A stretch of DNA of 64,000 nucleotides from assembly GCA_002502135.1 (NCBI GenBank), contig DAPM01000011.1:7736-71735 (forward strand). Reading direction: 5' to 3'. This document shows positions 11,573 to 21,432 of the stretch, piece after piece. The position numbers and the translations under genes are program-made. Position 1 is the first letter of the stretch. Each line of letters opens with the position of its first letter. This stretch comes from an archaeon UBA543 (GTDB lineage Archaea > Undinarchaeota > Undinarchaeia > Undinarchaeales > UBA543). The notes beneath the pieces were generated by a model. That model was given only the letters and a program-made list of their open reading frames with translations, was not told the DNA's origin and did no database searches.

Positions 11573-12144
11573 AGGAACTCAGCAAATACACTTTCTTGGC
11601 TGCATCTTCCACATTCGTACTAAGCTTAGTATCCCCTTTCATTGTGATATACTTTATTGATAATCTCGGAATAAAGATTGGCGCTATTGGGCTCTTGTTT
11701 GCTGTTCAGACAGCAGCCCGCTTTGTGTCTAGTATTCCTTCAAACTGGCTCGGTGACAAGCTGATGCGCAAGCCGTTCATGATTCTTGGAAGTTTAGGTG
11801 GAGCTTTCACATTCTACATGCTGACAAGAGTAACCCAAGTTAATCAGATTGTCTTCATCCTGCTATTGTCTGGATTTTTCAGTGGCTTAAGCTCTGTTAG
11901 TAGCGGCTTCTTTGCAAATCTCACAAAAGGTGCTAAGCGTGGCAAGAAACTAGGAGTTTTCGGAATGATGACTGGTCTTGCAGGTGCTGCAGCTCTCCTT
12001 ATCGGTGCTCGAGCAATAGAGATGTTCGGTTTCACTTTCATGTTTTACATTGCAGCTGTTGTATGTATATTCGAAGCCATATTCCTTCTTTTCATCTCTC
12101 AAGAAGAAACAGAATCAGCTTCAGACACCACATCCAAAGAGTAA
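11569..12144 (+). CDS. MFS transporter, C-terminal 6-TM half encoded as a separate gene
   Basis: 191 aa with six hydrophobic segments and a motif A-like NWLGDKLMRK between its TM2 and TM3. Confidence 0.7.
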   Translation: MKELSKYTFLAASSTFVLSLVSPFIVIYFIDNLGIKIGAIGLLFAVQTAARFVSSIPSNWLGDKLMRKPFMILGSLGGAFTFYMLTRVTQVNQIVFILLLSGFFSGLSSVSSGFFANLTKGAKRGKKLGVFGMMTGLAGAAALLIGARAIEMFGFTFMFYIAAVVCIFEAIFLLFISQEETESASDTTSKE

Positions 12145-12196
12145 CAATAACTTATTTAACCTATGAGCAACATCCAACAACTGGTGGGGTTTACTA

Positions 12197-13123
12197 ATGG
12201 CTGATGCTTTAGATTTGGTTGCAGTGGGGAATGTTTCTATAGACACTATTAAAATTGAGGGCTATGGCCAGCGCACGGTTTCAGGCGGTTCAGCTGCCGG
12301 AGTTTTAACAGCAGCAGCTTCTTACGGAGCCAGCACAGGAGTTGTTTCAAGAATCGGCAAGGACTACAAACAGTCCTGGATCAAGGAACTGGACGAGCGC
12401 AATATAGACCTGACTGGTGTGTCAACCCAAAAAACCTCCTGTAGATTCGAATTAAGCTACGACAAAAAAGGCACACTCACAAAATTCCATGAAATTTTCA
12501 CAGTCGACGATGCTCTTGCCAAAAAACACTTCCCTCCTCAATACAAAACTGCAAGACACATCCACTTATCTGCATCCCATCCAAAACACCAGATCAAATT
12601 CTTACAATTTCCAAACCCAGGTTCAACAATTTCACTCACTCTCTGGCCAACTTACGAATCTGAATATGACCAAGAGTTCGCCAAACTTCTCAAAAACGTT
12701 CACATCTTATTCTGTAATAATCACGAAGTCAAACTACTCTCAAACAAGGAGAATGTTTACGACGGAGTAAAGGAAATCCACAAACTCGGCCCGAAAATCG
12801 TAGTCCTCACCAAAGGCTCAAAGGGCTCTGCAATGTACCACGACAACCACTTCCACCTGTATCCAAGCCTTAGGACCTCAAAAGTGGATGCAACAGGCTG
12901 TGGAGATGCATTTGCTGGTGGATTCCTTGCAGAATACCTCAAGTCAGGCGATGCTGAGAAGGCCGGATGGGCAGGAGCTGCAATGGCTTCATTCACGCTT
13001 GCTAAAATGGGCTCATGGTTCCCACGGGAAATCACTCAAAGGCAAATTGAAGAGAGAATAGAGAGCGCTAAGAAATATTCCACTAAAAACGTGAAGAAAG
13101 GCACATTACTGGACTTTTTCTAA
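12197..13123 (+). CDS. PfkB-family carbohydrate/nucleoside kinase
   Basis: 308 aa with GGSAAG near the N-terminus and a C-terminal DATGCGDAFAGGF motif. Confidence 0.75.
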   Translation: MADALDLVAVGNVSIDTIKIEGYGQRTVSGGSAAGVLTAAASYGASTGVVSRIGKDYKQSWIKELDERNIDLTGVSTQKTSCRFELSYDKKGTLTKFHEIFTVDDALAKKHFPPQYKTARHIHLSASHPKHQIKFLQFPNPGSTISLTLWPTYESEYDQEFAKLLKNVHILFCNNHEVKLLSNKENVYDGVKEIHKLGPKIVVLTKGSKGSAMYHDNHFHLYPSLRTSKVDATGCGDAFAGGFLAEYLKSGDAEKAGWAGAAMASFTLAKMGSWFPREITQRQIEERIESAKKYSTKNVKKGTLLDFF

Positions 13124-13830
13124 TGAAAACCGTAGCAGTTTTTGATATTGATGGAACGCTCCTAAAAGGCAACATCTATCTAACTATTGTAAAATATGTT
13201 TATCTTCACAAAATTGTCTCCAAATTCCTTCATCCCAAAACTAGTAATTATTCAACACACTTTTCTGACAAAATAAAACTCAAAACTGTTCTGAAAAGTT
13301 TCCAACTCATCCTCTTCCACAGACTTAATCTACCACTTAAATTCGAATATCTGAAAACTCACCTTCTTGGTTTTGTGCAAGGCTGGACAGTTGATAAATT
13401 CCAAAACGCCTTTCAACAGTTTTTCCAGAATCATTTAAAGTCTAGAGTATTTCCGCAGATGCGCGAGCAAGTTCGTAAACACAAAGCTGAAGGAAAAACT
13501 ATTGTATTCCTAACAACCCAACCAACTGAAATTGCTGAAGTTGTCAAAAACGATCTTGGAGCTGACTATTGCATTTCAACCACACTTGAAACAAACAACA
13601 ATCATTATACTGGAAATATAAAAGATATCTGTTTTGGCGCAGAAAAGCTTGTTCTCCTCAATAAATTCCTAAAACAGCACAGCATCGACTTGAAAAACAG
13701 TTTCTCATATGCTGACAGTTTTTCTGATATTGATGTTCTGAAAGCAGTTGGTAATCCAGTTGTTGTAAACCCAGACGGCAAATTAAAGAAATTCGCTCAA
13801 AAAAACAACTGGAAAATTCTTAATTACTGA
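13123..13830 (+). CDS. HAD-IB family hydrolase (SerB-like phosphatase)
   Basis: 235 aa with the FDIDGTL motif I, an inserted cap region and a C-terminal SDIDVL-type motif. Confidence 0.65.
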   Translation: MKTVAVFDIDGTLLKGNIYLTIVKYVYLHKIVSKFLHPKTSNYSTHFSDKIKLKTVLKSFQLILFHRLNLPLKFEYLKTHLLGFVQGWTVDKFQNAFQQFFQNHLKSRVFPQMREQVRKHKAEGKTIVFLTTQPTEIAEVVKNDLGADYCISTTLETNNNHYTGNIKDICFGAEKLVLLNKFLKQHSIDLKNSFSYADSFSDIDVLKAVGNPVVVNPDGKLKKFAQKNNWKILNY

Positions 13831-14455
13831 GTATTATCTCAATTCTCTCTTTCCCAGCTCCAATATTCTTTCTTTTTAATCGAATCTTCCCAATCTCACC
13901 AGTTTTCTTAACATGAGTTCCACCGCAAGGCATTTTCCATTCTCCAACCTCCCACCACCTCTTACCAGCCTCTGTTTCATCATCATAAATTTTCACTTCC
14001 AAATCCTGAGCAATAATATCATCAAGCTTTGCCTGAATCTTTTCAAAATATTCTGAAACCGGCGTATCCATTTCATAATCAATCCGTGACTTCTCAACAG
14101 TAATATTGGAACCAATCAACTTAGTCTGTCCGCTCATTTCCTTGAAAATATAATAAACAATATGCGCTGCAGTATGCAGTTTCATTAATTTGTATCGATT
14201 TTCCCAGTCAAGCACAACTTTAACACTATCTCCTTCTTTAAAATCAGGTTCATTTTCCAAACTATAAACAATGTCCTCGCCACTCACAAGAGCTTCTAAC
14301 ACCTGATTTCCATTAATAGTTCCCTTATCTGATGCCTGTCCACCTGAAAACGCAAACAAAACAGTCTTATCCAAAGTAATATCCTTAAAATTCAAACTCT
14401 TTACAACAGCTTCGCACTTTTTCAAATATGCATCCTGCCAAAATAATTTTTCCAT
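13820..14455 (-). CDS. alaX: alanyl-tRNA editing protein AlaX (AlaX-M type)
   Basis: 211 aa with HTAAHIV and CGGTHV zinc-binding editing-domain motifs. Confidence 0.82.
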   Translation of the reverse strand: MEKLFWQDAYLKKCEAVVKSLNFKDITLDKTVLFAFSGGQASDKGTINGNQVLEALVSGEDIVYSLENEPDFKEGDSVKVVLDWENRYKLMKLHTAAHIVYYIFKEMSGQTKLIGSNITVEKSRIDYEMDTPVSEYFEKIQAKLDDIIAQDLEVKIYDDETEAGKRWWEVGEWKMPCGGTHVKKTGEIGKIRLKRKNIGAGKERIEIILSN

Positions 14456-14486
14456 AACAACTCAAAGAAATTTGTCTTAATAAGTT

Positions 14487-15359
14487 TTAAGAAACTATTG
14501 CTAGATTCATCAGCAAGTAAAGCAAGTCCCCAACAAAAATACTAACCAAAATAGTAACAGGATAAACAGGAATCAGCGGAATTCCCCATTTTACAATAAT
14601 CTTCTTAGGCAGTTTCCCACTCTTTGCCAGCTTCCTACATTCTGCAAGTTTCTCCAAAGTAAATCCATTCGGATCTTTTGATTCCTGCAAAATCTTCCTA
14701 CCTATTTTCAAATTCTCCACAGGCACATCAAACTCAACAACATCTTTCCAGCTCCTTGTCCGAATCAAACAAATCTTCTCAACACTTTTCATATACCGCA
14801 TCAAGAGCCACAACGGAGCTAACAGAGCAACCATAAAGAAAATCCGGTCATACAAAATTAAAGAGCATCCGATAAAGAAAAGCGCAAGAACTATTGGCAT
14901 TTCAAACTTCTTCATAGACTTTCTGGTTTCTGAAAATACTTTTTTGTTATTGTAAGAAACTCCAAATCCGAAAAGAATAGAATAAACTGCAGCCACAACC
15001 AACATATTCATCAAAATTGTCATTCCAAATGGCCAAGGTGCAATATGCTTTGGAAAAATTGGACCTAATAAACTTCCAAACCCAATACCCAGCGCAGTAA
15101 GAATCTTCAAATCAGCTCCACCCCATTGTCCTGTATAAAACATCAACAAACCAAGCACAAGGAAAACCCCACCAGTTGCAAGAGAATATGTCAAATTAGT
15201 CAAATTCCGAGTAATTGCATAATCAGCAAGCCTTAGCGCAAGCATAACTCCTATCAGCGGATAACTAATCCAATTCGGAACTTCACGAATCTTCCAGTCA
15301 GTATAACTGCCGTAAATAGTTGCTCCGAGTGCGATTATTAAGATTAGTGTTGGGATCAT
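14487..15359 (-). CDS. A24-family prepilin/preflagellin peptidase
   Basis: 290-aa polytopic protein. The two Asp contexts are YTDWKIREVPN and GGADLKILTALG. Confidence 0.75.
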   Translation of the reverse strand: MIPTLILIIALGATIYGSYTDWKIREVPNWISYPLIGVMLALRLADYAITRNLTNLTYSLATGGVFLVLGLLMFYTGQWGGADLKILTALGIGFGSLLGPIFPKHIAPWPFGMTILMNMLVVAAVYSILFGFGVSYNNKKVFSETRKSMKKFEMPIVLALFFIGCSLILYDRIFFMVALLAPLWLLMRYMKSVEKICLIRTRSWKDVVEFDVPVENLKIGRKILQESKDPNGFTLEKLAECRKLAKSGKLPKKIIVKWGIPLIPVYPVTILVSIFVGDLLYLLMNLAIVS

Positions 15360-15412
15360 CAGTCAGCTTAGCATCTAATTCTTTTTATACTTAATCAACT
15401 AACTACTCTTTA

Positions 15413-16222
15413 ATGAAAGTTGAACTCTCCACAAACCACTGGATAAAACCAACATACCACTCAGCAGACGTGGCAGTAGAAAAAGCAGAAGCACTCGGCT
15501 TCAAACACATCCAAATCGGAACTCCTCACTTCACCGGCGACTTAGACAGAATTGTGGAACTTCGAAAACAACACAAATTAACTTACTCAGTTCACGCTCC
15601 ATTCTTTGCAGAAAAGAATTTCATAGCAACTGCATCCTTCAAATCACCAAAATTGCTTGAAAGAAGCAGAAAACTCCTCCTAAAATCAATTGAAAACGCA
15701 AACTATATTGGTGCAAAGAAGATTGTAATCCACTCTGCAGAACCGCACCACCATGTCGGTATTCCTCAACTTGTCGAATCAATGGACATTTTCGCAGAAA
15801 AAGCAGAGGAATTCGGAATCACAATCTGTATGGAGAACAAATTCCCGCCAGCAGAAATCGGAAACACAGAAGAGGAAATCTGGGGAGTGCTGAGGGAAGT
15901 TGATCTTCCGAATGTTAAAATGTGTTTTGACACTGCGCATGCAGCAGCAGCACTTGGCTCACTTACTGAAATGCTCCACTTCTTAAGAGACTTAGCACCA
16001 TTAGTCGGCGATGTCCACTTAGTCCCAGTTGACACTTTCAAAAGAATGGATGTTCATGAAGCTCCAAAACCAAATGAGTATTATTACAACAGTGTTATTA
16101 AAATCCTGAAAGATGCAAAATACAAGGGAGACATAACTTTCGAAGCAGTTTTTGATACTGACGAGAATATTTTGAAAGGAATGAAATATATTGAAGGATT
16201 AATCAAGAAATATAAAGCTTAA
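15413..16222 (+). CDS. xylose-isomerase-like TIM-barrel protein (sugar-phosphate isomerase/epimerase or AP endonuclease 2 family)
   Basis: 269 aa. A pattern of metal-ligand His/Glu/Asp (IHSAEP, CMEN, FDTAHA) is spaced as in this fold. Confidence 0.55.
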   Translation: MKVELSTNHWIKPTYHSADVAVEKAEALGFKHIQIGTPHFTGDLDRIVELRKQHKLTYSVHAPFFAEKNFIATASFKSPKLLERSRKLLLKSIENANYIGAKKIVIHSAEPHHHVGIPQLVESMDIFAEKAEEFGITICMENKFPPAEIGNTEEEIWGVLREVDLPNVKMCFDTAHAAAALGSLTEMLHFLRDLAPLVGDVHLVPVDTFKRMDVHEAPKPNEYYYNSVIKILKDAKYKGDITFEAVFDTDENILKGMKYIEGLIKKYKA

Positions 16223-16707
16223 ACAACTTTTCCGCCCTGGTACCGTCCATCATAATCCTTCCCTTCACCAGCTACTTTTGAAAAAATAATCTGCCCAACT
16301 CTTGCACCTCTCTGCAATTTAAATGAATGAGCTCCAAAATTCCGCAAACCAAAAGTCAAAGTGCCTTTAAAACCAGGATCAATCAACGCAGTTAGCAAAC
16401 CAACCCCACTCCTCTGGAGCGTACTCCTGTGTCGCATCCACGCTGCAATATCACTTGGCATATTCACTTTCTCCAAAGTTTCAATTAAAACATACTCAGA
16501 AGGCTGAACTTCAATCCAATCCTCAGAAATTTCTTCAATCTCAGGCAGTTCTCGCTCATCAACACCCAATTTCGCACCACTTTTAATCCTGTAAAACTTC
16601 CAAACTCTCAAATCAACTCCTGCCCCGCCAATATTTTTCTCCTCGTGATTCTCAAGCAGTGCTTTTTCTTCCACTAATTTTTTGATTTCTGAGTGTGCTA
16701 ATATCAT
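16219..16707 (-). CDS. dcd: dCTP deaminase/dUTPase-family protein
   Basis: 162 aa with the strings GAGVDLRV and IDPGFKGTLTFGL. Confidence 0.75.
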   Translation of the reverse strand: MILAHSEIKKLVEEKALLENHEEKNIGGAGVDLRVWKFYRIKSGAKLGVDERELPEIEEISEDWIEVQPSEYVLIETLEKVNMPSDIAAWMRHRSTLQRSGVGLLTALIDPGFKGTLTFGLRNFGAHSFKLQRGARVGQIIFSKVAGEGKDYDGRYQGGKVV

Positions 16708-18116
16708 TTTTTCTTCAATAACTCCTTCTCAAACTCAGCAATAAACTTTTCCTCTTGACCTGCAGGAATACTTCCACCACATGCAACCATGTGTCCGCCC
16801 CCAGTTCCTCCAACTTTCGCAGCAGCAACTCTAAGTGCGCTCGCCATATCAATTCCTTTCAAAACCAACAACCTGGAACACCTTGCAGAAACTTTAGTTC
16901 CAGTTTCAACACTTGCCATTCCAACCATAGGCCTGTATGGGTCAGTGCCCTCACTTCCTAAAGTCATCCCAGCAATAGTCCCGATAATCTTAGCGCTAAT
17001 ATCATCACCAGCATTAAACCATTGAATATGCTTCTTAGGTCCCAACACAGTTCCACGCTCCTCCATAATCCTTAAACTCTTTGCAATATTTCTCCTATGA
17101 GTTGCTAAAATCCGCATCAGCTCTGCCTTGTAGTCTTTTTTATTACCTTTAGCAATTTCCAGACCAATTTCAGGCCGATCATTCCTTCCAGTAGCATTCA
17201 AACAAGTTGAAAATTCAGAAGCACCCCTGAAATCACTTCTTGGCTCCTCTTTTTCCAGAGTATATTGCTCTCCAATAACAATCCCTGGAATATATGAAAG
17301 CAATTCCTTAGGAACATCCTGCATTGCCCTGTGAATCAACTCATCTGCAAGCGCCTGCTTCTCAGATTCCTTTAGCTCACTCGGCGTCCTCCAAGTCCCA
17401 TTCTCCTTAAATGGAATATTCAGCATATCAAGCAGAGCAATAGCGCCTGACTCACTATTAGAAACTCCAGGAACATACGGATCTGTAAAATATTGCAAAG
17501 TTTTGAAAATCGGTCTGGTGTGCCTGCCAAAGAACAGCAAATCCTTTTCCATAGAAACTACTCCAGCTTCCATTGCATCATCCAAAATTTCTGCATTCAT
17601 TCCCTCAAGCTTGCCCCAGAAATTCTGAATATCCCCAACAGCTCCAACAACAGCCAGCTGACTTAAATCAACATTCTCTGAGCACATTTCAACAGCAAGA
17701 TGATACGCCACCCCAGCACCCGAAATCTCTCTGGATCCGTCCTTTCCAATCAAATGCGGATTTACCTGAATCAATTTGCTCCACGTCTGTCCGTGAGGCT
17801 GATGGTGGTCAAGCACAATTACATCACTATTGCTGAAATTCTTGTGCAAAATATCTAATTGTCCAGATCCTAAATCTGTGAAAATCGTTAAATCAGCACT
17901 TGAAAGATTGTCAGCATTCTCTGGATAAATACCAGGAACTGCCTTAATTTCATACTCTTTTCCTGCTCTTTCAAGAACTTGAGAAATAATACCGCCTGCA
18001 GACAAACCGTCAGCATCTAAATGAGTTACAACCTGTATGCTCTTCGCCTTTTGAACAAGTTGTGTCGCTTCCCCAAGCTGTTTCTTCATAAACATTTCTC
18101 TAAACAGTTCTCGCAC
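16704..18116 (-). CDS. RecJ-like DHH/DHHA1 exonuclease (archaeal GAN/RecJ family)
   Basis: 470 aa with the motifs HLDADGLSAGG, VLDHHQP and GGGH near the C-terminus. Confidence 0.8.
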   Translation of the reverse strand: MRELFREMFMKKQLGEATQLVQKAKSIQVVTHLDADGLSAGGIISQVLERAGKEYEIKAVPGIYPENADNLSSADLTIFTDLGSGQLDILHKNFSNSDVIVLDHHQPHGQTWSKLIQVNPHLIGKDGSREISGAGVAYHLAVEMCSENVDLSQLAVVGAVGDIQNFWGKLEGMNAEILDDAMEAGVVSMEKDLLFFGRHTRPIFKTLQYFTDPYVPGVSNSESGAIALLDMLNIPFKENGTWRTPSELKESEKQALADELIHRAMQDVPKELLSYIPGIVIGEQYTLEKEEPRSDFRGASEFSTCLNATGRNDRPEIGLEIAKGNKKDYKAELMRILATHRRNIAKSLRIMEERGTVLGPKKHIQWFNAGDDISAKIIGTIAGMTLGSEGTDPYRPMVGMASVETGTKVSARCSRLLVLKGIDMASALRVAAAKVGGTGGGHMVACGGSIPAGQEEKFIAEFEKELLKKK

Positions 18117-18147
18117 TCCTTCTTATAATTTTCTTAACTCTCTAGAG

Positions 18148-18807
18148 TTACTTTCCTTTCTGATTAACAAAAGTATACACCCCAATCCCTAACAAAATTA
18201 TGAAGATTATCAGTTTCATGTACAATGGAAAACTCAATGTTGGTTTAAACATTTTCATTGCCCAGTTCTCAAGAATTCCAACATACATCAAGTTTGTCAA
18301 ATAAGCTAATGGAAGTGCAATCAGCATTATCCTAAATCCTTCAATCAACTTACCAGGGGCAACCAGAAGTGTAATGATAATCATTATAACATACATGCAC
18401 GCTGTATATGTGAATAAAGTCAGCAGAAGGTTTTGATTGTAAACATAAAAATAGAACACTGGAACGAGCGAGAAAGAGATAAATGTGGCAAAAGCAGCCA
18501 TAATACTTTCATCTGGTTTCCACATCCTACTCAGTAGTGGCAGTAATGCAACATAAATCGCACACACTAGTCCTATTTTTATTCCTCCAAAATGAATTGC
18601 TAACAACACTCCAAAGAACTCGCCCATATTGATCTCGTACAAGTAATGATTAACACACCCTGGAATCTCTGTCAGCAAAGAAATTAATAGAATCCAAAAA
18701 ATAAAAGAAATCGTCTTGTTAAAAAATCCTGTCAGAACAGCAAGAACAAGAAAACCAGTGCTAGCGTAATAAATCCTATCCCAGGACACGATTCCTCTTT
18801 CTTTCAT
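18148..18807 (-). CDS. polytopic membrane protein, family member 1 (tandem paralog)
   Basis: 219 aa. It aligns end to end with the adjacent 18804-19463 product (GIVSWDRI..., TEIPG..., LLAIHFGG, SRMWKP, YNQNLL, LPLAYLTNL). Confidence 0.6.
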   Translation of the reverse strand: MKERGIVSWDRIYYASTGFLVLAVLTGFFNKTISFIFWILLISLLTEIPGCVNHYLYEINMGEFFGVLLAIHFGGIKIGLVCAIYVALLPLLSRMWKPDESIMAAFATFISFSLVPVFYFYVYNQNLLLTLFTYTACMYVIMIIITLLVAPGKLIEGFRIMLIALPLAYLTNLMYVGILENWAMKMFKPTLSFPLYMKLIIFIILLGIGVYTFVNQKGK

Positions 18808-19463
18808 TTTTTCTTGTTAAAATAAATATACGCACCAATCCCAGCCATACACAGGATTATAATAATTTTATACAAACCCGGGAAGTGTGGAGTCGGCAGA
18901 AACATTCCTATTGCCCAGTTCTCCAGAGCAAAAACATAAATCAGGTTTGTCAAATAAGCAAGCGGAAGCGCAATTGCAAGAAGTTTTACTTCCTGGAAAA
19001 ACTGCCCAGTTGTCAGGAAAATTGAAAGAATTGCGATTATCCCAAAGAGTATTCCAGTATATGTGTAAAGAGTCCACAGCAGATTCTGATTATAAACATT
19101 ATAATAGAAGAACGGGGCTGTTCCAATTGCAATTGCAAAAGCCACTGACCCTTTTATTGCCAAGCTCGGCTTCCACATCCTGCTGAAAACAGGCAGCATT
19201 GCAGTGTACACTATTCCAAGAAGCCCTATCCAAAACCCTCCAAAATGAATAGCAAGCAGTACAAAAAAGAATTCTGACAAGTTTATTTCAATTAAATTTT
19301 CATTAATGAATCCTGGGATCTCTGTCCACAATGAAATCAGAATAATCCAGGTGATAAATGACAGAGTCTTGCTGAAAAAACTCAATAAAAGCCCTAAAAC
19401 AACCAATCCTGCGCTAATGTAAAATATCCGATCCCATGACACAATTCCTTTCTCTACCATCAA
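18804..19463 (-). CDS. polytopic membrane protein, family member 2 (tandem paralog)
   Basis: 219 aa, same length and motifs as 18148-18807. Its stop overlaps the start of the downstream paralog. Confidence 0.6.
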   Translation of the reverse strand: MMVEKGIVSWDRIFYISAGLVVLGLLLSFFSKTLSFITWIILISLWTEIPGFINENLIEINLSEFFFVLLAIHFGGFWIGLLGIVYTAMLPVFSRMWKPSLAIKGSVAFAIAIGTAPFFYYNVYNQNLLWTLYTYTGILFGIIAILSIFLTTGQFFQEVKLLAIALPLAYLTNLIYVFALENWAIGMFLPTPHFPGLYKIIIILCMAGIGAYIYFNKKK

Positions 19464-19513
19464 AAATCCTTAGTAGCAAAACTTTAAAAAATTACGCATT
19501 CATAGTTTTGGCA

Positions 19514-19972
19514 ATGAAAACTGGATTATTCATCGGCCGTTTCCAGCCGTTTCACAACGGGCATCTGCATGTGATTAAGCAGATGTTGAGCGAATGCACT
19601 AAAATCATAATCGGAATCGGCTCTGCAAACAGCGAAAAAACAGAAAAAGATCCGCTTACTGCAGTTCAGCGCAAGGAAATAATTGAAAAAGTGATGCTAG
19701 CTGAAAACATAACCAATTACAAAATAGCACTAATAAACGATCAAGAATCTCACAGATTATGGGCTGACGAAGTGCGCAAGAAAACCGGCAATTTCGACAC
19801 ACTCTACGTCTCAGGTGAGAATATCCGCCTTGACTTCATCAAAGCCTGTGGGTTCCAGGTCAAGGAAGTCGACTTCATTGACGGAATTTCTGCAACAAAA
19901 ATCAGAGAATTAATGAAAAACAACCAGGAATGGAAGCAGTTGGTGCCTGAAGCAGTAGCCACTACATTTTAA
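19514..19972 (+). CDS. nadM: nicotinamide-nucleotide adenylyltransferase (archaeal NadM type)
   Basis: I prefer the ATG at 19514 (MKTGLFIGRFQPFHNGH). The track start at 19436 overlaps the divergent membrane gene. Confidence 0.85.
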   Translation: MKTGLFIGRFQPFHNGHLHVIKQMLSECTKIIIGIGSANSEKTEKDPLTAVQRKEIIEKVMLAENITNYKIALINDQESHRLWADEVRKKTGNFDTLYVSGENIRLDFIKACGFQVKEVDFIDGISATKIRELMKNNQEWKQLVPEAVATTF

Positions 19973-20017
19973 CAAACTTTTTAAACCTCAACACACTACC
20001 ACGTTCTGTGGGACAAA

Positions 20018-20557
20018 ATGGTAAACTCTAAACTTCCAGTCAGAGATGTAATGGTTTCTCCAGTGATTACAATCACTCCAGAGGAAACTGTTAACAAGGC
20101 AGCGAAAACAATGCTGAAAAACGGTATTGGTGGCCTGATAGTTGTTGAAGACTTCAAACCAGTTGGAATCATCACAGAGCGTGATTTTGTAGGACTATTA
20201 GCAAAGAAAAAAGACCCAGGAGAAATCCTGGTCAAGAATGTAATGTCTAAGAAACTGATAACAGTCTCTCCAGAAGAAGGTTTAATGGATGTTGCAAAAC
20301 TCATTGTCAAAACCGGCAAGAGAAAACTTCCAGTAATGGACAAGAACAAATTAGTCGGGATCCTAACTGCTGACGACATTGTTAAAGCAGCGCCTGGCGA
20401 AGTTGAAACCCTCCGAGAGCTCACAAACATCAAGAGTGAGGATGTCACCTTCCACGAGTCTCCAACATCAGGAAACTGCGAAACTTGCGGAAACTACTCA
20501 GAAACATTAGCTGAAGTAAATGAAATTTTCGTATGTGAGGACTGCAAGGAAGCATGA
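20018..20557 (+). CDS. CBS-pair protein with C-terminal zinc ribbon
   Basis: 179 aa with two CBS repeats and then CETCGN...CEDC. Confidence 0.7.
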   Translation: MVNSKLPVRDVMVSPVITITPEETVNKAAKTMLKNGIGGLIVVEDFKPVGIITERDFVGLLAKKKDPGEILVKNVMSKKLITVSPEEGLMDVAKLIVKTGKRKLPVMDKNKLVGILTADDIVKAAPGEVETLRELTNIKSEDVTFHESPTSGNCETCGNYSETLAEVNEIFVCEDCKEA

Positions 20558-21432
20558 ACTCTTTCAAAAACCTGAAAAGCAAGATATTCTCTTTTGAATG
20601 GGGACCTAAACGCGAGAAGAAGCACAAACAGGCAAACCAAGACAGTTCAATTCTGGCAGCAGTTCGAAACACTGCTTCAATGCGAAAAGAGGATACAATA
20701 AAACACGCTACAGAGAAAATGCTCTCACTCCAAACAAGAAGAGTTTTCCTTACAGACTCCAAAGGCAGAATCGAAGGAGTCCTCACCTGCAAGGACTGTA
20801 TGGACTTCCTTGGTGGTGGAGAAAAATACAATTTAATCAAAGTTAAGCATCAGGGCAACTTAGTTGCTGCAATGAATGAACCTGTCAGAGAAATCATGAC
20901 TCAGAAAGTGGCTGCAATTAAAACTTCAAGCACTTTGAGAGATGCAATAACTCATATGAAAAAAACAGGAATGGGTGGGGTGCCCGTGGAACGGGACGGT
21001 GTCTTAATCGGCATGATCACAGAAAAGCGCATTGTAAACCTGATTTCCAAAACATTAACCAGCCAAATGGTCAAAGATCATATGAATCACGATGTTATTT
21101 TCGGAACTCCTGGAGAAACAGTTTTAGATATTTCCAAAACAATGGCTAGAAACAGCTTCAGAAGAATTCCAATCCTTCAAGAACGCAGATTAGTCGGAAT
21201 AGTCACATCAAAAGACCTGGTATTCGCATTTGCCAGAAAATTCTCAAGAGACTTCCTCCAACTCCAAATTTCAACTCTAATGAGTAAGCCAGTAACAGTT
21301 TCTTTAACTGCAACACTGCAAGATGCAGCCAAAATCATGTCTGATCACAATATCAGCGGTTTGCCAGTTGTTTCAGGTGAAAAGGTTGTTGGTATGATTA
21401 CTGCAAAAGACCTTCTGAAGGCAGTAAACTGA
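20554..21432 (+). CDS. CBS-domain protein (four CBS repeats)
   Basis: 292 aa with repeated GGVPV / GLPVV-type CBS strings. The true start may be internal. Confidence 0.65.
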   Translation: MNSFKNLKSKIFSFEWGPKREKKHKQANQDSSILAAVRNTASMRKEDTIKHATEKMLSLQTRRVFLTDSKGRIEGVLTCKDCMDFLGGGEKYNLIKVKHQGNLVAAMNEPVREIMTQKVAAIKTSSTLRDAITHMKKTGMGGVPVERDGVLIGMITEKRIVNLISKTLTSQMVKDHMNHDVIFGTPGETVLDISKTMARNSFRRIPILQERRLVGIVTSKDLVFAFARKFSRDFLQLQISTLMSKPVTVSLTATLQDAAKIMSDHNISGLPVVSGEKVVGMITAKDLLKAVN

